From NCBI GenBank assembly GCA_963841915.1, contig CAWJEN010000006.1:544001-608000 (forward strand): a stretch of 64,000 nucleotides of DNA. The letters run 5' to 3'. Every line of letters begins with the position of its first letter. The stretch's first letter is position 1. The position numbers and the translations under genes are program-made. Of this stretch, positions 19,399-27,161 are shown piece by piece. The notes beneath the pieces were generated by a model. That model did no database searches and was not told the DNA's origin. It worked only from the letters and a program-made list of their open reading frames with translations. Source of the DNA: an uncultured Planctomycetota bacterium (lineage in GTDB: Bacteria; Planctomycetota; Phycisphaerae; Tepidisphaerales; Tepidisphaeraceae).

Positions 19399-22300
19399 GT
19401 GCCCACTAAACCTGCCGAAACTCGCAGAGCTGCAGCCAATCTGACTGAACCGTCCGATCAGACGGAGGCTCTGGCGTGTGCGGTACTCCAACAGCCCGCG
19501 CCGCAAACAACCGGCATCCTGACGTGGCTGCGCTGGCTGCATGCGACGAGCCTGTTGTTGATGATCGGCCTGATGCTGATCGGTGGGTACACGCTTTGGG
19601 AGGTCATTGCTGCTGCGAAGCCGGACGGTGAATTGGTCAATCGCGCTGGCCGCCAGCGGATGCTCAGCCAGCGGGTGGCACGCCTTGGTCTGGAGGTTGC
19701 TGTCGCGTCTGGTCCTCAAGCCGGTACGGTAACGCGGGATGCCTTACGGCAGGTGACGGATGTTTTTGAGCAGAACGGAAGTTGGCTCAAAGCCAACGGC
19801 GTCTTTGATCCTGAAGTCTCGGCCAACGTGCCGGCGAAGGCAGATCGACTCGTACACGTCGCTCGCGACCTTGCCGAAGCGACACCCGGCGAGTCGATGT
19901 CGGTGGCTCGTGCTGTTCTGGCTGCCAGCGACGAGTTTCTACCCGCGATGGAGCAAGCCGTTGCCGAAGCGGAGCGGCAGGCGACCGCACGCTTAAGTGC
20001 GGGTGAGCAACGCATCGTGATCCTGCTCTGCGCGAGTCTGGTGGTGTTAGCCGCACAAGTTCGATTCGTGTACCTGCCCGCACAGCGTCGGGTGCGTCGC
20101 GGGCTTGATGCCGAGCGAGAGGTTGGACTTGGATCACGTCGGTGGGCGTTGGCAGAGATGGGAGAACGCCGTGCGGTCGATGCGGTCCGGGCTTCGTTGC
20201 AAAAGGCGGTTGATCGTTATGCCGCCGCCGAAAAACGGGCCAGGGAAGAAGACGATAAACGGCGGGACATGGAGGTCCGCTACGACCTTGCCGTCAATGG
20301 GACGAATGATGGCTTCTGGGACTGGGACCTCCGCACCAATCAACTTTACTTCTCACCGGCGTACGGGCGACAACTCGGATACGAACAAGGAGAACTCGAG
20401 GCGAGCTTCGAGATTTGGAACGAAATCTGCCACCCTGACGACCTCGAATCGACGATGGCTGCTATGCAGGCACATCTCATGGATCCGAGCGTCGCTTACC
20501 GTGCGACCTTCCGGCTCAAGCATCGGTTCGGTGGGTGGCGCTGGATGGAAGCCCAGGGTCAGGCCGCGCGGAACGACAAGGGCGAGCTTATCCGTTTTGC
20601 CGGCTCTAATCGTGATGTGACCGACGAGCGTGAGCGACAAAGGCGACTGCGCGAACAGGGCCGCATCCTGGGTCAGTTCGTCACCCACACGCCGGCTGCG
20701 GTGGCGATGCTCGACAAGCACATGTGCTACCTCGCGGTCAGCAATCGCTGGCTAACCGACTACGGCCTTTCGGGTCGATTCGAAGCGGACGAGCTGGTTG
20801 GTCAATGTCACTACGACGTTTTCCCGGACATTCCCGACCGTTGGAAGGAACACCACAAGCGCGTGTTGGCCGGCGAGCACCTCGAGAGCGATCACGACAT
20901 CTTCGAGCGCGAAGACGGGCCGGACGTCCACCTTCGATACAAGCTGCATCCATTCTTCAACGACGACGGCAGTGTGGGCGGCATGCTCATGTTCACCGAG
21001 GTCATCACCGAGCGATACGAGGCCGAAGCGGCAATGGCCCGGCAGCAGGCGTTGCTGTCTGCCGTGTTGTCGGCGGTGCCGAACATGCTGTACTGGAAGA
21101 ATGCCCAAGGCCGCTACGAGGGCGCGAGCGAGGCCATGCTGAAGGCGTTGAACCTCAACGACCCCGTCGAACTCATCGGCCGCACTGACGCGCAGACGCC
21201 ACTGGCCGCTAGCAGTGAAGAGTTTGCCGCAGGCGAGCGTGAAGCCGTCGCCGCCGGCGGCAAGGTGGTCACCTCCGAGCACGACGTACCGCTCATCGGC
21301 CCGGACGGATCTGGCGCAGTCCGCACCTGGAATGCCTCGCGGATTGCAATTTCTGACGCAGAAGGCAACACGGTTGGCGTGGTCGGTGTGTTTGAAGACG
21401 TCACCGAACGCCGGCTTGCCGAAGTCGAGTTGCTCGACACGAATCAGCGGATGTTCCATCTGACGGGTGAACTCGAGGAGCGCGGCGAACAGCTCACGGC
21501 AATTGCTGCAGAGTCGGATCGCCTGCGGAAGGACGCGCTGGAACTCAAGGACCGCGCTGAACATGCCAGCCGTGCCAAGGGCGACTTCATCGCCGATGTG
21601 AGTCATGAAATTCGCACCCCGATGGCGGCCATCATGGGCTACGCCGAGGGTCTGGCGACGGACGATCCCGCGGCCGCCCGGGCCGCTGCACAAGCGATTG
21701 GTCGCAACGGCCGACACCTTCTCGCGCTGCTAAATGACGTCCTCGACGCCAGCAAGCTCGAAGCCGGCATGGCCAAGCCTGAGCTTGCGCCGTCCGATAT
21801 CCGCACGATTGTCGAAGACGTTGCCGTCGCAATGGGCGACACGTGCGCGAGTAAGAACATCGTTTTCGAGACGAAAGTCGACGCAGAGGTTCCTGCCGCA
21901 GTGCGAACGGATGGCCGACGCCTTCGCCAGATTCTCTTTAACCTTGCCGGCAATGCCGTCAAGTTCACGCGTCAGGGTTCAGTTAAGATCGACGTGGCGT
22001 GGAAGGACGAGCGACTCGACGTTGCAGTCACTGACACCGGCGTTGGTGTGCCGGCCGACAAACTTCATCTGCTGTTCGGTCGCTACGACCAGGCCGACAG
22101 AACAGTGGAACGCCAATTTGGTGGCACCGGGCTTGGCTTGTCGATCAGCCTCCAACTTGCAGAATTGCTTGGTGGCTCAATCACCGTCGACAGCACGCAC
22201 GGCGTCGGCTCCGTGTTCCGCGTCACGCTGGCAGCACCGGCAGTCGATCTCGTTACTGCTGAACCCGTGCGAGATGCCGCACCGGCCGCCACGTGCCCGC

Positions 22301-23019
22301 ACACACGCGTGTTGCTGGCAGAGGACAATGACGACCTGCGTCGACTTGCGATGCTGATGTTGAAAGGCAGCAACTTCGACATCACGGCCGCCAGTGACGG
22401 CGGCGAAGCATTGGAGCTTGCACAAGCGGCCAACGCGGCGAATCAACCCTTTGGCGTCGCGCTCATTGACCTGCACATGCCGGTCTACGACGGCCTCGAA
22501 GTGTGCCAACGCCTCCGCGTGATGGACCCGTCGATGCAGTTCATCGCTCTTACGGCCGCCGGTCACCAGGCCGCTAAGCAGTTTGCAGAGGTCGGATGCG
22601 ACACCATTCTGACGAAGCCGGTCGACCGTTCGGAACTTCGCGACGCAGTCACGCGCAAAGCGTCTGCTTGGCATGACGCCAATGCGGCCGTCAGAGCAAC
22701 CGTGTCGGCTGTCGAAGCTGACGAAGGCAATGCCGCCATGGCGGAATTGTCGGCGAGTTACGCAGCCAAGTTCGAGCAGACGGCGGTCGACCTGCGACGG
22801 GCGGGATCGGCCGGTGAAACGGCCGCAGTCCGTAAGATTGCGCACGACCTCAAGTCCGCCGCCTCATTCGGCTTCGCCGCCATCGGTCCCATAGCCGGCA
22901 CGGCAGAGGCGGAGGCGGATCGACTTCTGGCAGGTGAACTCGTCGACCTGCGTGAGCCGGTCGAGGCACTGGCGTCGGCATTGGAGGCGTCGATCGTGCC
23001 GACACGCCGGGCGGCGTGA
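19399..23019 (+). CDS. Hybrid sensor histidine kinase: NarX/PilJ-type sensor, 3 PAS, HisKA, HATPase, REC, Hpt
   Basis: NRAGRQRMLSQR; DGFWDWD; SHEIRTPM; NLAGNAVKFT; GGTGLGL; IDLHMP; AHDLKS. Start uncertain. Confidence 0.9.
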   Translation: MPTKPAETRRAAANLTEPSDQTEALACAVLQQPAPQTTGILTWLRWLHATSLLLMIGLMLIGGYTLWEVIAAAKPDGELVNRAGRQRMLSQRVARLGLEVAVASGPQAGTVTRDALRQVTDVFEQNGSWLKANGVFDPEVSANVPAKADRLVHVARDLAEATPGESMSVARAVLAASDEFLPAMEQAVAEAERQATARLSAGEQRIVILLCASLVVLAAQVRFVYLPAQRRVRRGLDAEREVGLGSRRWALAEMGERRAVDAVRASLQKAVDRYAAAEKRAREEDDKRRDMEVRYDLAVNGTNDGFWDWDLRTNQLYFSPAYGRQLGYEQGELEASFEIWNEICHPDDLESTMAAMQAHLMDPSVAYRATFRLKHRFGGWRWMEAQGQAARNDKGELIRFAGSNRDVTDERERQRRLREQGRILGQFVTHTPAAVAMLDKHMCYLAVSNRWLTDYGLSGRFEADELVGQCHYDVFPDIPDRWKEHHKRVLAGEHLESDHDIFEREDGPDVHLRYKLHPFFNDDGSVGGMLMFTEVITERYEAEAAMARQQALLSAVLSAVPNMLYWKNAQGRYEGASEAMLKALNLNDPVELIGRTDAQTPLAASSEEFAAGEREAVAAGGKVVTSEHDVPLIGPDGSGAVRTWNASRIAISDAEGNTVGVVGVFEDVTERRLAEVELLDTNQRMFHLTGELEERGEQLTAIAAESDRLRKDALELKDRAEHASRAKGDFIADVSHEIRTPMAAIMGYAEGLATDDPAAARAAAQAIGRNGRHLLALLNDVLDASKLEAGMAKPELAPSDIRTIVEDVAVAMGDTCASKNIVFETKVDAEVPAAVRTDGRRLRQILFNLAGNAVKFTRQGSVKIDVAWKDERLDVAVTDTGVGVPADKLHLLFGRYDQADRTVERQFGGTGLGLSISLQLAELLGGSITVDSTHGVGSVFRVTLAAPAVDLVTAEPVRDAAPAATCPHTRVLLAEDNDDLRRLAMLMLKGSNFDITAASDGGEALELAQAANAANQPFGVALIDLHMPVYDGLEVCQRLRVMDPSMQFIALTAAGHQAAKQFAEVGCDTILTKPVDRSELRDAVTRKASAWHDANAAVRATVSAVEADEGNAAMAELSASYAAKFEQTAVDLRRAGSAGETAAVRKIAHDLKSAASFGFAAIGPIAGTAEAEADRLLAGELVDLREPVEALASALEASIVPTRRAA

Positions 23020-23020
23020 A

Positions 23021-23599
23021 TCACGAACCGCGGAGAGCGAGGATCAGCTCGATTTCACCAGCAGGCCGCTTGACCTTGCGGGCGATCTGGTCGAGTGGTT
23101 CACCTGCGTCGGCCAAGTCGTAGATGTCGCGGTGGGCGGCGATGCCGGCCAGCCCGCTGTCGGCCGGGCCGCTCTTACCGGCTGATACGGCTTTGACCAA
23201 CTCGGCCGCCTTGGCCTTGGCGGCGTCGACTTGCGACACCGGTGCCGCTGACTGGGTCGCCCGTGACAACTGCTGAATCGCCACATCAGCCTCGGCCAGC
23301 AATGCCTCGAGCTTGGCCGCCTTGGCATCGAGCTCGCCGCCCATGCGACGCGACAGCGACTCGAGGTCGAGGACAAGCGACTGCATCGCCCGCTCCGTCG
23401 AGCGTTCGGCGGCCAGGCTTCGGCCCTGCGTCGCCGGCTTGTTCAGCGGGTCACGACGCTGCTTGCGTCGCTCCTTGGCCGGCCGGATGAGCAGCAGGTA
23501 AATCAGCGTCAGCGCACCAATCGCTAGTGCCGCGACGGCGTAAGGGTCGCTCGTGTCGAGCGACGAGTCGGACTGAGCTAGTAGAAAGGCGGTGGTCAT
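23021..23599 (-). CDS. Hypothetical membrane-anchored coiled-coil protein with C-terminal HTH-like segment
   Basis: One TM helix; IYDLADAG..DQIARKV..GEIELILALR. Confidence 0.6.
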   Translation of the reverse strand: MTTAFLLAQSDSSLDTSDPYAVAALAIGALTLIYLLLIRPAKERRKQRRDPLNKPATQGRSLAAERSTERAMQSLVLDLESLSRRMGGELDAKAAKLEALLAEADVAIQQLSRATQSAAPVSQVDAAKAKAAELVKAVSAGKSGPADSGLAGIAAHRDIYDLADAGEPLDQIARKVKRPAGEIELILALRGS

Positions 23600-23671
23600 G
23601 GCGTCACGTCCTGTGACTGTGGGGAGCGTCACGCGTCCTGCGCGACGTGTCAAATCCGGCTGTAGCTGGCC

Positions 23672-24841
23672 CTAAGAACGACTGCTGTTCAGCAGCACGT
23701 CTTCGAGCGCCTCGTTCAACGCGTTGCACGATCGCTCGACCTGGTCGGGTGTAATCGTGCTGAAGAATGGCAACGCCAGCGTCCGGTCGCTGACCCGCTC
23801 GCACACCGGGAAGTCGCCGACTTTGTGGCCCAGACGCTCAACCATGAACGGCTGCAAGTGGATCGGCGGGAAGTAGTTGTTGCAGCCGATGCCACGGAGC
23901 CGCAGGCGGCGGATGACCTCGTCGCGGTCACCTGGCTCGAACAGTTCATTCAGCCGTACGACGAAGACGAACCAGCTGGCCGCCTCGTCCTCGTCGAGCG
24001 TCGGAAGGATCAGGAAGCGGTTGTCCATCAGCCGCTCGGTGTACATCGCGGCAGCGTTCCGCCTGCCTTCGAGGATCTCGGGTAGCCGGTCGACCTGGAC
24101 GCAGCCCATGGCCGAGTTGATCTCGCTGAGCCGGTAGTTGTACCCGAGCCTCGCGTGGGCCAACCAGCCCATGCCGTCGCGGCCCTGGTTCCGCAGGCTC
24201 CGGCACATGTCTGCGAAGCGGTCGTCATCGGTGACGATCATGCCGCCCTCGCCGGTGGTGATCTGTTTGTTGGGATAGAAGCCGAAGACGCCCGCGCGGC
24301 CGAATGAGCCGATCGGGCGGTCGCCGAGACGTCCACCAAAGCCTTCGCAGCAGTCTTCGATGAGCGTGACTTCGTTGCGTCGGCAAACGCGCTCGAGGTC
24401 GTCCATGCCACCCGGATGGCCGAAGGTTTCAACGGCGACCATCGCCTTTGTCTTATTCGTGATGGCCGCTTCGGCCAAGGCCGGGTCCATGTTCAGCGTT
24501 TGGGGGTCAATGTCGGCGAAGACCGGCTTGGCGTCCACAAACAATGCGGCGTTCGCACTGGCGACGAAGGAGAAGGGCGTCGTGACCACTTCGTCACCCG
24601 CGTCGACGCCGGCTGCAATCATGCAGCAGTGCAGGCCGGCCGTCCCGCTGGAGACGGCGATCCCGAATTTGCGACCGGCGACGGCGGCACACTTCTCCTC
24701 AAACTCCTCGACCTTCGGGCCCAGCGACAGCGTGCCCGACTGCATGACGGCCACGACCGCATCGATCTCGGCCTGCGTGATGTCAGGGTTCGACAGCGGA
24801 ACGAGATTGGGCGTGGTTTTGGGCGGGTGGGTGGCACTCAT
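23672..24841 (-). CDS. DegT/DnrJ/EryC1/StrS family sugar aminotransferase
   Basis: VSSGTAGLH, IEDCCE, FYPNKQITTGEGG, GYNYRL. Confidence 0.93.
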   Translation of the reverse strand: MSATHPPKTTPNLVPLSNPDITQAEIDAVVAVMQSGTLSLGPKVEEFEEKCAAVAGRKFGIAVSSGTAGLHCCMIAAGVDAGDEVVTTPFSFVASANAALFVDAKPVFADIDPQTLNMDPALAEAAITNKTKAMVAVETFGHPGGMDDLERVCRRNEVTLIEDCCEGFGGRLGDRPIGSFGRAGVFGFYPNKQITTGEGGMIVTDDDRFADMCRSLRNQGRDGMGWLAHARLGYNYRLSEINSAMGCVQVDRLPEILEGRRNAAAMYTERLMDNRFLILPTLDEDEAASWFVFVVRLNELFEPGDRDEVIRRLRLRGIGCNNYFPPIHLQPFMVERLGHKVGDFPVCERVSDRTLALPFFSTITPDQVERSCNALNEALEDVLLNSSRS

Positions 24842-24941
24842 GCGAAAGGGCTGCGGGTCCGATAACTGTATCGGACACAACCAGAGCGACGCTTGAGGTG
24901 CCGTAGGGTGGTCCCCGGCTCACCAGAGACCAAACCACCGG

Positions 24942-27161
24942 ATGCCCGAGACCCTCGACTACCAATTCGCCCGCAAGCGCAAGAAGAACAAGACGCAGTA
25001 CGTCTGGCGGGCGGCGCGGTACCTCAAGCCGTACAAGCGGCTGGTGGTGGCGAGCATCGTCTGCGCGATCTTCGCCGGCGGCATCTTCTTCGGCGGCCTC
25101 GGGGCGGTGCTGCCGGTGATGAAGGTGCTGCTCGAAGGTGATACGCCGCAGATGTGGGTCAACCGGATGGTGGCGGAGGAGCGGTGGGGCATCGACCTGG
25201 CGGACGATCCGGATGAGGTTAAAGTTGTCGAAGCGACGGAGTGGCCGAAGGCGGATCACGTCAGTCCTCAGGTGGGTGCAGCTGAACCCGTTGTCTTCTC
25301 GTGGCCGAATCTTCCAAACACAGGTGTTGCCGATCAACTGCGGTACCTTGCTGATGCAGAGCGAGCCGACCTGCAGCCCGATTCTGGGCGTGAACCAGTT
25401 CAAGGGGCGATAACGGTGGGTTGGCTCCGGATGGAGCCGACGCCGCGAGATGTGGCACTTCATCTCCGCCTGCTTCGCCGCGGGGCCTACCTCCTGCCAT
25501 CGCATCCGGTCGGGGCCGTCCTCGGCATCATGGGCGTCATCTTCCTTTTGAGCGCCCTCGCCAACACGATCCGTTTTGTCCAAGAATTCCTCAGCAACAA
25601 GGCCAGCCTGTCGGCCGTCAACGACATCCGCCGCGACTTGTACGGCCATGCGCTGCGGGCGCCGCTGTCCTACTTCGGCAAGACCGGCACCGGCGACATC
25701 ACCAGCCGCATCGTCGGCGACTGCGGGCAGTTGCAAGAAGGCTTCCGCACGCTGCTCGGCAGGGCGGTGCAGGAGCCGATCCTGGCGTTCTTCGCGTTCA
25801 TGTTCGCCCTGTGGATCGACTGGCGGCTGACGCTGTTCATCATCGTGATGGCCCCATTCATGGTCGTCATCCTGCGGCGGTTCGGCAAAAAGATGCGCCG
25901 GGCCGGCCGGGCGACGCTGGCGGAGAACGCGGAGCTGCTCGGACAGATCGAGGGCACGCTGTCTGGCGTGCGCGTCGTCAAGGCCAACAACGCCGAGGCC
26001 GCAGAGGTCGGGCGGCTGCACGGCGTGCTCGATCGACTGCTGGGCCACCAGTTGCGGCTGGCGAAATACGACGCGATGAGCACGCCGGTCCTCGAAACGC
26101 TGGCGGTGCTGGCGCTGGGCCTCATCCTGGCGGTTGCGACATACTTCGTCCGTGTCGATGAATCGCTGTCAGCGACGGAGGGCATTCTGGTCCTCGTCGC
26201 CCTCGTCCAGATCGCCGAGTCATTGCGGAAGATCAGCAAGCTCAACATCGTCCTCCAGCGCACCAACGCGGCCGGGCAGCGCGTGTTTGAGGCAATAGAT
26301 GCCGAGACAGAAACGCGAAGCGGCGAAGAGGCGAAGTCAGAGCCAAGGGAGAGAGAAAGCTCCAAATTCGAGCCATCTCCCTCTTCTGCTCTTCGCTCTG
26401 ACTTCGCTCCTTCGCCCCTTCGCGTTTCAGATTCCGTCGCCTTTGAGGATGTGACCTTCTCCTACGCAGACGACCTGCCGCCAGCGCTTCAGGACGTGTC
26501 GCTGACGGTTGCCGCCGGCGAATCGATTGCTGTTGTCGGGCGGAACGGCAGTGGTAAGACGACGTTGCTGTCGCTCCTGCCGCTCTTCTTCAAACCGAGC
26601 TCGGGCCGCGTGACGATCGACGGCAAAGACATCCGCGACTTGCCGTTGCACGGCCTGCGGTCGCTCATCGGCGTTGTCACGCAGGACGCCCACGTCTTCC
26701 CCGGCACGATCGCCCACAATATCGCCTACGGCCGCCCGGAGGCGACGCGTGCCGAAGTCGAAGCCGCCGCCAAGCAAGCCGAAGCCCACGAGTTCATCCT
26801 TGCCAAGCCCGACGGCTACGACACCGTCCTGACTGGCCTCGGCGGCGGCCTGTCGGGCGGGCAACGCCAGCGCCTCAACATCGCCCGCGCCATCCTCCGC
26901 GACCCGCCAATCCTCATCCTCGACGAGGCCACCAGCCAGGTCGACGCAGAAAGCGAACATTTGATCCAGAACGCGATCAGCCGCCTGATGAAGGGCCGCA
27001 CGACGTTCGTCATCGCCCACCGCTTCAGCACGATCCTCGATTGCGACCGCATCGCCCTCATGGAGGCCGGAAAGCTTGAAGCCGTCGGCACACACGACGA
27101 GTTGCTCGCCACCAGCGACGTCTACCGCCAGCTCTACGAACGGCAACTTGTGGCCGCCTAG
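24942..27161 (+). CDS. ABC transporter, fused TMD-NBD (MsbA-like exporter)
   Basis: TM helices; GRNGSGKTT, LSGGQRQR, ILDEATS, IAHRFST. Confidence 0.92.
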   Translation: MPETLDYQFARKRKKNKTQYVWRAARYLKPYKRLVVASIVCAIFAGGIFFGGLGAVLPVMKVLLEGDTPQMWVNRMVAEERWGIDLADDPDEVKVVEATEWPKADHVSPQVGAAEPVVFSWPNLPNTGVADQLRYLADAERADLQPDSGREPVQGAITVGWLRMEPTPRDVALHLRLLRRGAYLLPSHPVGAVLGIMGVIFLLSALANTIRFVQEFLSNKASLSAVNDIRRDLYGHALRAPLSYFGKTGTGDITSRIVGDCGQLQEGFRTLLGRAVQEPILAFFAFMFALWIDWRLTLFIIVMAPFMVVILRRFGKKMRRAGRATLAENAELLGQIEGTLSGVRVVKANNAEAAEVGRLHGVLDRLLGHQLRLAKYDAMSTPVLETLAVLALGLILAVATYFVRVDESLSATEGILVLVALVQIAESLRKISKLNIVLQRTNAAGQRVFEAIDAETETRSGEEAKSEPRERESSKFEPSPSSALRSDFAPSPLRVSDSVAFEDVTFSYADDLPPALQDVSLTVAAGESIAVVGRNGSGKTTLLSLLPLFFKPSSGRVTIDGKDIRDLPLHGLRSLIGVVTQDAHVFPGTIAHNIAYGRPEATRAEVEAAAKQAEAHEFILAKPDGYDTVLTGLGGGLSGGQRQRLNIARAILRDPPILILDEATSQVDAESEHLIQNAISRLMKGRTTFVIAHRFSTILDCDRIALMEAGKLEAVGTHDELLATSDVYRQLYERQLVAA
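26310..26428. repeat. Palindromic element, copy 2, in frame inside the ABC transporter gene
   Basis: gaaacgcgaag/cttcgcgtttc and gcgaagtcagagc/gctctgacttcgc arms. Confidence 0.85.
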
